Shown here piece by piece: positions 1 to 7,909 of a stretch of 33,767 nt of DNA. The position numbers were made by a program, and so were the translations under genes. Under the pieces are notes generated by a model. It was not told the origin of the DNA and made no database searches. It worked only from the letters and a program-made list of their open reading frames with translations. The stretch comes from Sphaerochaetaceae bacterium (GTDB lineage: Bacteria > Spirochaetota > Spirochaetia > Sphaerochaetales > Sphaerochaetaceae). Position 1 is the stretch's first letter. Every line of letters starts with the position of its first letter. The stretch lies in contig JBAYSE010000001.1 of the NCBI GenBank assembly GCA_041676265.1, positions 1 through 33,767 on the forward strand. The letters run 5' to 3'.

Positions 1-296
1 GCTCACTACTTGATGTGGTAGTTTACAGCAATCGCACCAGTGATAGCGACACCAATTACGCGGGATGGGGTACAAGTAAAGTTTTCAAAAGGGTGAAAGC
101 CCTAGAATCTAGTGGGAAATGGCTCCCCTTACCTTTAAAGCCCGAGGGGGCCGTAAAGAGCGCCGACAGCACTGCCACGCGCTCTTTTTGCCGTTGGGAG
201 AAGCAAGACACCGACACCAAAGATGACTGGTACATTGTTCCCACCGGGAAAGCCAGTTTTGGCTCTCCTAATACAACAGAGATCTATAATCCATAG
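1..296 (+). CDS. hypothetical protein, C-terminal fragment (5' end lies upstream of the window)
   Basis: Frame 3 is open from the window edge (TCA CTA CTT GAT precede the GTG listed at 15) to TAG 294-296. No motif I recognise. GC is higher than in the following block. Confidence 0.45.
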   Translation, partial: SLLDVVVYSNRTSDSDTNYAGWGTSKVFKRVKALESSGKWLPLPLKPEGAVKSADSTATRSFCRWEKQDTDTKDDWYIVPTGKASFGSPNTTEIYNP

Positions 297-300
297 AGAG

Positions 301-326
301 AGGGTGCCAAAAATATTCGGCACCCT
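301..326. terminator. hairpin between convergent 3' ends (possible bidirectional terminator)
   Basis: AGGGTGCC (301-308) pairs with GGCACCCT (319-326): an 8-bp perfect stem with a 10-nt loop. It lies between stop 296 (+) and the trx stop at 335 (-). Only a weak T-run (AATTT) follows. Confidence 0.45.
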
Positions 327-334
327 AATTTGAT

Positions 335-655
335 CTAGATATGTTCGGCTACAAAAGATTCCAAAATGGATAGAGGGACAGCCCCAATCCTTTGGTCGAC
401 AACTTTTCCATCCTTAAAAAGTGTTAAGGTGGGAATGCTGGAAATATTATATCTCTCGGCTAATTCCATCTGCTCATCTACGTTAACTTTACCAACTTTT
501 AATTTACCGGCATGGTTTTCCCCTAATTTAGCAACTGCTGGGCTAACCATTTTACAAGGGCCACACCAGACAGCCCAAAAGTCAACAAGTACAGGAATCT
601 TTGACTTCAAGACCTCTTCTTCGAAATTAGCTTTGGTTAATACTACTTCACTCAT
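335..655 (-). CDS. trxA: thioredoxin
   Basis: 106 aa with the WCGPC active site (VDFWAVWCGPCKMV) and typical thioredoxin length. AGGAGG lies 6 nt upstream of the ATG. Confidence 0.95.
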   Translation of the reverse strand: MSEVVLTKANFEEEVLKSKIPVLVDFWAVWCGPCKMVSPAVAKLGENHAGKLKVGKVNVDEQMELAERYNISSIPTLTLFKDGKVVDQRIGAVPLSILESFVAEHI

Positions 656-718
656 TCAATTCCTCCTAGCTTTAGCTCACACCAAATATACAACGGAGGG
701 AAATAAAAGAAAAGGGAA

Positions 719-1105
719 CTACTCGTCTTGTGTGACTTCTTCACTAACCGCCGGTCCCTCTTTCCAGGCAGGGTCTCCTTGGAACTCAACGTGCTCAGCG
801 ACGATCGTAAAGCGTTCTTTCCGCTCGCCGTCATCATCATTCCAACGCTCCTGTTTGAGTCTACCAACTACCCGTACCCCTCTTCCTTTCCTTAAATACT
901 TGCTACAATTCTCCGCTAAAGCCCCCCAGGCGTCCACATTGATGTAAGTGACTTCGTTAACAAGATCTTTCTCTTTGTTACGGTAGTAGTAATTGGTAGC
1001 AATGGCAAAATTACACACATTTCGGCCACTATCGAGGACGGTTAGGTTAGGGTCTCGTGTTAAATTCCCTTCAATTAAAATACTGTTTAAGTTATTCATT
1101 TTCAA
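719..1105 (-). CDS. ssb: single-stranded DNA-binding protein (short form, no canonical acidic tip)
   Basis: 128 aa with an OB-fold SSB pattern (NSILIEGNLTRDPNL, NFAIATNYYY, VDAWGALAENCSKYLRKGRGVRVVGRL). AAGGAG lies 8 nt upstream of the ATG. The C-terminus is ...SEEVTQDE rather than a D-D-D-I-P-F-like tail. Confidence 0.85.
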   Translation of the reverse strand: MKMNNLNSILIEGNLTRDPNLTVLDSGRNVCNFAIATNYYYRNKEKDLVNEVTYINVDAWGALAENCSKYLRKGRGVRVVGRLKQERWNDDDGERKERFTIVAEHVEFQGDPAWKEGPAVSEEVTQDE

Positions 1106-1302
1106 TTCTCCTTACAAAAGAGGACTCAATTTAACTTAAATTTGATTCAACTGACTGTTGCTAGTGTCTAGCCATGTACGCATTTCCCCCTCTCTTTAAG
1201 CATTCCTCTTTAATTTAGCTCTGAAATTAGCGGCCTAAAGACGAGCTTGATCTTTAACTCCTTCGTAAAAGAATCCTTTGAACGTACAGCCCCGTTTTCT
1301 CA

Positions 1303-1330
1303 TTGATAGATTAGCAATAATATGCATAAT
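1303..1330 (+). promoter_or_regulatory. putative sigma70-type promoter of the DUF362 operon
   Basis: TTGATA (1303-1308), 16-nt spacer, CATAAT (1325-1330), about 58 nt upstream of ATG 1389. It overlaps the direct repeat ATATGCATAA at 1320-1329 and 1340-1349. Confidence 0.4.
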
Positions 1331-1388
1331 GAATTATATATATGCATAACATAGCAATTTCGCTATAAATCTGCTTTAAGGAGTTTGT

Positions 1389-2567
1389 ATGAACAAAGCA
1401 CAGGTTTCAATCCGAAAAACTCATGCACAAAACTATCAAAAAGGGCTGGCGAGGGATCTACAAAAAACACTTGATGATATCGGGGCTCTAGAATATTTAC
1501 GTAGCAAAGGAAACCGAATTCTAATCAAACCAAATATTGCCAGTCCTGAGGCGATTTATAGCACGAGTCCTGCAGTTCTGTTTGTTCTAACTAAGATTTT
1601 AGTAGATGAGGGATTCTCCGTTTCGATTGGCGAGAATCCTTCGATCCCTACTGATGCTGATAGAGCCTATCGTGATTATGGTTTATATGAAATTGCAGAA
1701 GAAGCCGGTGCTGAGGTTTTGGATTTTCGTCGGGGGCCTCATGTTGAGGTCGATGTGCCTGGTGGAAAGCTTTTTCCCAAAATAACTGTAAGTAAATTCG
1801 TATTGGATGCAGATGCTGTAATTAGTTTAGCAACCATGAAATCGGCAAATATTGTGACTGCAACTTTGGCGGTTAAGAATATGAAAGGTTGTATTCCTTC
1901 TCATTACAAAAGAAAATTTCATTGTGAAGGTCTTAATGATGGAATATGTGATTTGATGAAAGTGGTGAAACCTGATTTGGCTCTCATTGATTGCACCTTT
2001 GGCAAAGACATGACGAGTAAAAGTTGTTTCCCCGTTGGTCTGCTGATTGCAAGTACCGATGTTTTAGCTGCAGATTCAATCTGTGCCCGAATCATGGGAT
2101 ACAATCCCTATGAAATTGAGCATTTACGTCAAGTCAGTGAAGCAGGCCTTGGAAAGTTGGATTTGAGTGACATAGAAGTTAGAGGAGAAAAATTAGAGGA
2201 TCATATTGCTCGATATCCTTTCTCCAAACCGATGGACCCGATCAAGATTGCTGAACAGAGTGGAGGCAATCTCAAAATAATTCAAGGAAATCCATGTAGT
2301 GTTTGTCTGAATGAGCTGGGTACGGTATTGCATCTATTCCAGCATCGTATTGCGGAATTAGACGATGTAACCATTCTCGTAGGACCTAATGCAGTTGCAG
2401 ATACTGTTAATTCGGATGATAGTGTAGTTATTGGGTTTGGCAATTGTGTTTCACAGGGGAAGTGTACACACCATATTGCAGGCTGCCCTCCTACAGATTA
2501 TCGAGCAGCTGAAACCGGGTCTCTTATAGATGTATTTCACACTATTCTTGGCGACAAGGAGGCTTGA
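1389..2567 (+). CDS. DUF362 domain-containing protein (function unknown, Cys-rich C-terminus)
   Basis: 392 aa. The N-terminal pattern RILIKPNIASPE...STSPAVLFVLTKILVDEGFSVSIGENPS matches my memory of DUF362. C-terminal cysteines are GNPCSVCLNELG and GNCVSQGKCTHHIAGCPP. AAGGAG lies 5 nt upstream of the ATG. Confidence 0.7.
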   Translation: MNKAQVSIRKTHAQNYQKGLARDLQKTLDDIGALEYLRSKGNRILIKPNIASPEAIYSTSPAVLFVLTKILVDEGFSVSIGENPSIPTDADRAYRDYGLYEIAEEAGAEVLDFRRGPHVEVDVPGGKLFPKITVSKFVLDADAVISLATMKSANIVTATLAVKNMKGCIPSHYKRKFHCEGLNDGICDLMKVVKPDLALIDCTFGKDMTSKSCFPVGLLIASTDVLAADSICARIMGYNPYEIEHLRQVSEAGLGKLDLSDIEVRGEKLEDHIARYPFSKPMDPIKIAEQSGGNLKIIQGNPCSVCLNELGTVLHLFQHRIAELDDVTILVGPNAVADTVNSDDSVVIGFGNCVSQGKCTHHIAGCPPTDYRAAETGSLIDVFHTILGDKEA

Positions 2568-2594
2568 AGCAAACATTAGGGAGGCAGCCAAAAA

Positions 2595-2717
2595 ATGGAT
2601 ACGGCTCTTTTGGTTAGGGAAGATGGGGGTACTCGTTTTGGATGCACTGCCACCGAAGAGATAATGGAGGAGTGTAAACGCAGATTATCTATAGATAATC
2701 AGGTGCAAATAATATGA
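2595..2717 (+). CDS. small ORF, 40 aa, translationally coupled to the HAD gene (hypothetical)
   Basis: Not in the supplied ORF track because it is too short. ATG 2595 is preceded by AGGGAGG (2578-2584, 10-nt spacer). It encodes MDTALLVREDGGTRFGCTATEEIMEECKRRLSIDNQVQII. Its TGA (2715-2717) overlaps ATG 2714 of the next gene as ATGA. Confidence 0.35.
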   Translation: MDTALLVREDGGTRFGCTATEEIMEECKRRLSIDNQVQII

Positions 2718-3559
2718 ATCAGAGTAATATCGATGTTTCGATAGAGCCAAGTGAAATTAAAGCTGTTGTCTTTGATATGGATGGAACTCTTCTGAAGAGT
2801 GATAATACTTTATCCGAACGAACGATCAAAGTTGTTGGAGCTCTTCGAAAAACCGGGAGGAAGATATTTCTTGCTACGGGGCGTAGTTATGACGCTGTAC
2901 ACCCTTTTTTGGAAGCTCTTGCAATTAGAACTCCAATAGTGTGCTTCAATGGTGCCGCAGTAGTGGATGCATTAACAGGACATTCAATTTTTTCGCATTT
3001 CCTTCAAGAGAGTATTGCTCGATTTCTTATCAATCTTGCGAAGATAAATAATGTCTACTACCAAGCTTATAACCGTGAAGGGAAACTTATATATGAACGT
3101 ATCTGCGAAGAATCTAAGTTTTATGAAAAACATTCTGGGATTCAGGGGAGTACATACGATTTTAATGATGAGTCAGCCTTGCAAGTTTACAAAATAGTAT
3201 ATATCGGTGAGTACGATGATTTAAAAATACTGGCAGATGAAGTACAATCCAAGTTTACCATCCATGATATCTACTCTGTCTTTTCAATGCCGTACTTTTT
3301 TGAAGTAATGAACCCGATGGCCGGTAAATTGGCTGCTTTAAAGGAAGCTCTTTCTTCAGAAAAATTGGATTCTAGTGAAGTTATGATATTTGGTGATGGG
3401 CAAAACGATTTGGAGATGTTGCAATGGGCACATGTGGGCGTTGCCATGGAGAATGGATCAAAGGAATTATTTAATGCAGTTCCTCGCAAAACCATTGCTT
3501 CCAATAACGATGATGGTGTTGCCCGCTATCTGGAAGATTTTTTCAAACTTGAACTTTAA
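2714..3559 (+). CDS. Cof-type HAD-IIB family hydrolase (sugar-phosphate phosphatase-like)
   Basis: 281 aa. HAD motif I is VVFDMDGTLL and motif IV is FGDGQNDLEMLQWA. The length and cap region fit Cof/YidA-like phosphatases. Confidence 0.9.
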   Translation: MNQSNIDVSIEPSEIKAVVFDMDGTLLKSDNTLSERTIKVVGALRKTGRKIFLATGRSYDAVHPFLEALAIRTPIVCFNGAAVVDALTGHSIFSHFLQESIARFLINLAKINNVYYQAYNREGKLIYERICEESKFYEKHSGIQGSTYDFNDESALQVYKIVYIGEYDDLKILADEVQSKFTIHDIYSVFSMPYFFEVMNPMAGKLAALKEALSSEKLDSSEVMIFGDGQNDLEMLQWAHVGVAMENGSKELFNAVPRKTIASNNDDGVARYLEDFFKLEL

Positions 3560-3609
3560 AGCAAGGACTGTTATAGACAATTTAAGGTAAAAATGATCAT
3601 ACGGAAGTG

Positions 3610-3634
3610 CCTACACATTCGTAGGGTCATTTTT
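3610..3634. terminator. weak stem-loop plus T-run between convergent HAD and DeoR genes
   Basis: CCTAC (3610-3614) pairs with GTAGG (3621-3625) around a 6-nt loop, followed by GTCATTTTT. The stem is short and the T-run is displaced. Confidence 0.25.
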
Positions 3635-3667
3635 AGTTTACTGATTTATTTTACCAACCAAAAATTT

Positions 3668-4486
3668 TTATTTCAATTTTTTGGCTATGAGAACTTCAAT
3701 ACCAAGAGTCTCCAAACGTTCCTTTATCTGACTAGGAATATTCTCATCTGTTATGAGGGTTGATATATTGGTGAGCTCAGAAAATGAATAGAGCGCAAAT
3801 TTTTGTATTTTTGAGGAATCTACCAGCAGAACCACTTTATTGGCAGATGCAATCATTTCCCTTTTGAGCATAGCCTCAATGCTGTAAGGGGTCATTATCC
3901 CTTTCTCAATAGATAATGCAGCGGTGCCAAGGAAAAGAGTATCCACATTATAATGCTTTATCATATGCAAAGCATCATATCCCATTATGCTTAGTGTCCC
4001 GGAATTTAAATCCCCACCTAATACAATGGTATGGATATCGGGTCGGTTGACAAGTTCATTGGCAATACGAAGGCAGTTTGTGATAATAGTCAGGTCTTGT
4101 TGTTTTTCAAGTTGTCTAATCATTGATAGGGTCGTTGATCCAGAGTCTACCATTATGGTACGGCATCCTCTAACCATATGGGCTGCCAGCTTTCCAATCT
4201 GTTGTTTTTTGTCAAAATTTTTGATAGTAGGGATATCAGCTTCAGCTCTTAATTGAATCCTGGTATCAGCATTTGAATAGCCTTTATCATAATCAAAGAC
4301 TGATGAGTCCTTGTATAAAATTCCGCCTCGTGTTCTTGTTACCAGATTTTCATCGCTAAGCTTAATGAAATCTCTGCGCGCCGTATCCTTGGAGCATCCC
4401 GTTAATTGGATGGCCTCTTCATAGGAAAGGCTACCATGTCTTTTGACTGCAAACATGATTGTTTCAAGGCGCTTTTCAATTAGCAT
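3668..4486 (-). CDS. DeoR/GlpR family transcriptional regulator
   Basis: 272 aa. The N-terminal DeoR-type HTH is HGSLSYEEAIQLTGCSKDTARRDFIKLSDENLVTRTRGG. The C-terminal sugar-phosphate-sensor-type domain is MVDSGSTTL...LFLGTAA. GAGGA lies 8 nt upstream of the ATG. Confidence 0.9.
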   Translation of the reverse strand: MLIEKRLETIMFAVKRHGSLSYEEAIQLTGCSKDTARRDFIKLSDENLVTRTRGGILYKDSSVFDYDKGYSNADTRIQLRAEADIPTIKNFDKKQQIGKLAAHMVRGCRTIMVDSGSTTLSMIRQLEKQQDLTIITNCLRIANELVNRPDIHTIVLGGDLNSGTLSIMGYDALHMIKHYNVDTLFLGTAALSIEKGIMTPYSIEAMLKREMIASANKVVLLVDSSKIQKFALYSFSELTNISTLITDENIPSQIKERLETLGIEVLIAKKLK

Positions 4487-4748
4487 TAGTGTATCCTCAA
4501 CTTAATTTCAATGCATTATATAGCTTAATAGCAAATAAATCAAATAGGCGGGGATACGCCTCCTTTCTGAGCTCTCGGAGGATATTGGAGTTTTATTTTG
4601 TTTGCTTATAAGGCTTCCGTCTTACCTGAATATAGAATCCCCTCTCTCAAAAACATCCTGATTTATACTCTTCATCCGGTGTTTGATAATCCAAAACTTA
4701 GATTTAATATATCTGTTTAACAGTAAAATAATTAAGAACACGTAAAAT

Positions 4749-4758
4749 AGTGCAAAAT
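4749..4758 (+). promoter_or_regulatory. AGTGCAAAAT motif copy 1 (candidate operator, deoR / ABC divergent region)
   Basis: The context AAAATAGTGCAAAATAAAG shares the 12-mer TAGTGCAAAATA with the copy at 9415-9426. Confidence 0.35.
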
Positions 4759-4893
4759 AAAGCTTGACTGATGCAATTATGATGATATGATTAATTAGAC
4801 GAAAGCAATAAAACATAAATTCCCTAATCGTAAAATTAATTCAACTGTATATGTAGAAAGTAAAAAGTGTTAGTTAAGGATAAAACTTAAAAG

Positions 4894-4914
4894 AGTGCAA
4901 AATGTGCAAAAAAA
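4894..4914 (+). promoter_or_regulatory. AGTGCAAAAT motif copy 2 followed directly by the half-copy GTGCAAAAAAA
   Basis: AAAAGAGTGCAAAATGTGCAAAAAAAGT lies about 170 nt upstream of the binding-protein ATG. Confidence 0.35.
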
Positions 4915-5021
4915 GTAAAAGGGGATACATAAAAAGCCGTTTGATTTTGAAATCCAAAGTATTGTTCAGTGCTATAGGTAACTATTTTTTACAAATTTGA
5001 ATGATTTGGTGGTGGTGAGAA

Positions 5022-5042
5022 ATATGTCCATTGTGGACATAT
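5022..5042 (+). promoter_or_regulatory. perfect 9-3-9 palindrome just upstream of the ABC operon RBS (operator or 5'-UTR hairpin)
   Basis: ATATGTCCA-TTG-TGGACATAT ends 22 nt before ATG 5065. A weak candidate promoter, TTGAAT (4997-5002), 17-nt spacer, AAATAT (5020-5025), would overlap it. Confidence 0.45.
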
Positions 5043-5064
5043 AAATTATAAAGGGAGGAGTATT

Positions 5065-6132
5065 ATGAAAAAGAAGGCATTGCTGTTATGTGTGATAATT
5101 CTAATAGTATCCACACTCAGTGTGTTTGCTGCAGGTCAACGGGATGTCACGGTTAAAAAGGAGGGGAAAACAGTCGTAGGTGTCTCGTTACCTTGGCTAG
5201 GAACCCAAAACTGGGCTGAAGGTAACGATATGTTTAAAACTGAATTGGCTGCAGCAGGTTTTGAACCTATTGTCCAGCAGGCTGATAACAAAGTGCCCAT
5301 CCAGCAGCAACAAATCGAGGCAATGATGAGAAGCGGAGCGGAGATTATTGTAGTCGCACCGATTGATGGTTCCCAGCTAGGCGCAATCTTGGAAGATGCA
5401 GCGGCAGCCGGGGTTAAAGTAATTGCTTATGACCGTCTTCTCGAGAATACAACTGGTATCGATTGTGTAGTCCAGTTCGGAAGCGTTAAGATTGGGGAAC
5501 TCCAAGGACAGGCTCTTTTGAACGGTCTGGCTGAGATGAAAGGCAAAGGCCCTTATAACGTCGAGCTTTTTGGGGGCGGTCCCGCTGATCCGAACGCTCC
5601 TAATTTCTTCAAGGGTGCGATGAAGATTCTGCAACCAAAGATCGATGATGGAACACTCGTAGTTGTGTCTGGGCAGACAAGTTTTACTCAGTGCGCAACG
5701 CTTGACTGGGATAGTTCGAAAGCTATGGCTCGTATGGATACCCTGCTTTCCGGTTTCTATAGCAACAAGGAAATTCACGGTGTTTTGTCCCCTAATGACT
5801 CTATCGCCAGAAATATCATCACTGCATGTGAGAGGGCTGGGCAGAAAATCCCGGCTATTTCCGGTCTTGATGCTGAAAACGAATCAATCAAGTGGGTTTG
5901 GGAAGGTAGACAGTATTCAACCGTTGACAAACCAACCTCTGTGCTGGTAGGCAAAACCATTGAAATCGTCAAGTTGATGGATGCAGGTGAAAAGTTGCCG
6001 GCATTTGACAGCATGGTACATAATGGTAAGAAAGACGTCGGGATTTATGAGCTAACTCCGGTTATTGTCACCAAGGCTAACATAAGAGAAGTATATGCCA
6101 ACGATCCTGGTCGTATGGCAATTCTGAAATAA
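5065..6132 (+). CDS. monosaccharide ABC transporter substrate-binding protein (ChvE/multiple-sugar-binding type)
   Basis: 355 aa. The signal peptide is MKKKALLLCVIILIVSTLSVFAAGQ. It has a periplasmic-binding-protein type I pattern (VGVSLP...QNW, IAYDRL) and precedes GguA/GguB-like partners. GGGAGGAG lies 6 nt upstream of the ATG. Confidence 0.85.
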   Translation: MKKKALLLCVIILIVSTLSVFAAGQRDVTVKKEGKTVVGVSLPWLGTQNWAEGNDMFKTELAAAGFEPIVQQADNKVPIQQQQIEAMMRSGAEIIVVAPIDGSQLGAILEDAAAAGVKVIAYDRLLENTTGIDCVVQFGSVKIGELQGQALLNGLAEMKGKGPYNVELFGGGPADPNAPNFFKGAMKILQPKIDDGTLVVVSGQTSFTQCATLDWDSSKAMARMDTLLSGFYSNKEIHGVLSPNDSIARNIITACERAGQKIPAISGLDAENESIKWVWEGRQYSTVDKPTSVLVGKTIEIVKLMDAGEKLPAFDSMVHNGKKDVGIYELTPVIVTKANIREVYANDPGRMAILK

Positions 6133-6242
6133 GGAACTTTCCGAGTTGGCTGTATTGTCAATTCTTTGCCAATAAGTAGGTGAGATTGTATAATGCAGCC
6201 AGCACGTTTGGCAGAACATCGTCAAATGCTGGGAGAAGAGTT

Positions 6243-6271
6243 ATCTGCAAGATTTTGGATATCTTGCAGAT
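6243..6271 (+). promoter_or_regulatory. intercistronic stem-loop between the binding-protein and ATPase genes
   Basis: ATCTGCAAGAT (6243-6253) pairs with ATCTTGCAGAT (6261-6271): an 11-bp perfect stem with a 7-nt loop and no T-run. This arrangement is typical of 3' stabilisers that raise binding-protein expression over the membrane components. Confidence 0.45.
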
Positions 6272-6316
6272 TCAGTGAAATTTGCAAGAGTATATATTGC
6301 AAGATATAAGGTGCCT

Positions 6317-7909
6317 ATGGAAGATAATAATACAAAATCAAGACAACGTCCTGTTATGCTCCAAATGCAAAATATTACCAAATACTTTCCAGGAGTTTGT
6401 GCTCTGGATGATGTAAATCTAAATGTGTTTCGCGGAGACATTCATTCAATATGTGGCGAAAATGGGGCAGGAAAATCAACATTGATGAATATCCTGTCTG
6501 GAGTGCATCCGCATGGCTCTTATGAGGGAAAAATTATATTTGATGGAAATGAAGTTGTTTTCAAAAACATCAAGGAATCAGAAAAAGTCGGCATTGTGAT
6601 TATCCATCAAGAACTTACTATGATCCCTGAGCTTTCCATTACTGAAAATATTTTCTTAGGAAATGAAGTGGTGAAAAAAGGGCTTATCGACTGGGACACC
6701 GCTAGACGTAACACAGTCGAATTGCTTGCCCGTGTAGGTTTGAACGCCTCTCCAGATACATTGGTAAAGAATTTGGGTGTAGGTCAGCAACAGTTGGTAG
6801 AAATAGCGAAGGCGTTTGCTAAAAACGTAAAATTGTTAATTCTTGATGAACCGACTTCAGCCCTAAACGAAGCGGATACTACAAATTTAATGAAACTCAT
6901 GCTAGAGCTGAAGAGCAAGGATATCACTTGCATCATGATATCGCACAAGTTGAATGATATTGCTAGGATATCAGATGCCGTCACCGTGATTCGTGATGGG
7001 TGTACCGTTGAAACGTACCCTGTTGAAGCAGGTAATGTTGATCAAGATCGTATTATATGTTCCATGGTTGGGCGTCCCTTGGAAAACCGCTACCCTTCTC
7101 ACGAATCCAATATTGGAGAGACTATCTTTGAAGTTTCAAATTGGTGTGTAGAAGATCCTGAGATACCAGGAATGTATGCATGCTATAACAACAACTTCTT
7201 TGTCAGATCTGGAGAGATTGTTGGTTTTGCGGGCCTTATGGGTGCCGGAAGAACCGAATTGATGAAATCGATCTTTGGTCGCACCTATGGGAATTACCTC
7301 GGTGGAACCATAAAAATTAGAGGGAAAGAAGTTCAGATCAAAGACGTTAATACCGCTATTAAACATGGCATCGCCTACATACCTGAGGATCGCAAGGTAT
7401 ATGGTCTCAATTTGCTCGACACTATCCGTAAGACCATAGTTTCAGCAAACCTAGGTTCAATTTTACGTCGACGCTTGCTTGATTTGGATGAAGAATTTCA
7501 GGTAGCTAAAAAGTACTGCAAAATGTTGACCGTTAAAACATCTGGGGTTGATTCAAGAGTTACTACCCTTTCTGGTGGAAATCAACAGAAGGTTGTCGTG
7601 GCTAAATGGATGTTTACAGAGCCTGATATTCTGATTCTAGATGAGCCTACACGGGGAATTGATGTTGGTGCCAAATATGAAATTTATCGCCTTGTGCATA
7701 AGCTTGCAGACCAAGGGAAAGCTATAATATTCGTCTCTTCCGAATTGCCTGAATTACTGGGTATGTCGGACAGAATTTACACGATCTTCGAAGGACATAT
7801 TACAGGGGTACTTAATCGAGAAGATGCCGATCAGGTGAAACTTATGAGAATGATGATAAGTACTTCCACATCGAACTCTGAAACTAAAAATAAAGGAATT
7901 GCTTTATGA
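6317..7909 (+). CDS. sugar ABC transporter ATP-binding protein, duplicated ATPase (GguA/XylG/RbsA type)
   Basis: Walker A is GENGAGKST and GLMGAGRTE, the signature is LSGGNQQK, and Walker B is LLILDEPT and ILILDEPT. The start is ambiguous: the ORF opens at GTG 6275, ATG 6317 (MEDNN...) is the first ATG, and a later Met (MLQMQNITKYF) is also possible. Confidence 0.9.
   Translation: MEDNNTKSRQRPVMLQMQNITKYFPGVCALDDVNLNVFRGDIHSICGENGAGKSTLMNILSGVHPHGSYEGKIIFDGNEVVFKNIKESEKVGIVIIHQELTMIPELSITENIFLGNEVVKKGLIDWDTARRNTVELLARVGLNASPDTLVKNLGVGQQQLVEIAKAFAKNVKLLILDEPTSALNEADTTNLMKLMLELKSKDITCIMISHKLNDIARISDAVTVIRDGCTVETYPVEAGNVDQDRIICSMVGRPLENRYPSHESNIGETIFEVSNWCVEDPEIPGMYACYNNNFFVRSGEIVGFAGLMGAGRTELMKSIFGRTYGNYLGGTIKIRGKEVQIKDVNTAIKHGIAYIPEDRKVYGLNLLDTIRKTIVSANLGSILRRRLLDLDEEFQVAKKYCKMLTVKTSGVDSRVTTLSGGNQQKVVVAKWMFTEPDILILDEPTRGIDVGAKYEIYRLVHKLADQGKAIIFVSSELPELLGMSDRIYTIFEGHITGVLNREDADQVKLMRMMISTSTSNSETKNKGIAL

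Noticed and set aside
366-947. 193-aa ORF on the plus strand spanning trxA and ssb
   Set aside because: It lies entirely antisense to two strongly supported genes with clear motifs and RBSs. The product is low-complexity and Ser/Thr/Leu-rich, with no RBS. It is a shadow ORF.
4622-4816. 64-aa hydrophobic ORF (minus strand) in the deoR / ABC intergenic region
   Set aside because: It lies in very AT-rich promoter DNA, where T-rich codons automatically yield Ile/Leu/Phe-rich pseudo-membrane peptides. There is no SD, and it overlaps candidate operator copy 1. It is kept only as a remote possibility.
5377-5778. 133-aa antisense ORFs inside the binding-protein gene, and similar ones at 12222-12620, 27812-28213, 29026-29361 and 30890-31285
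   Set aside because: All are embedded antisense in genes with unambiguous family motifs. They lack RBSs and recognisable domains, and are typical shadow frames.
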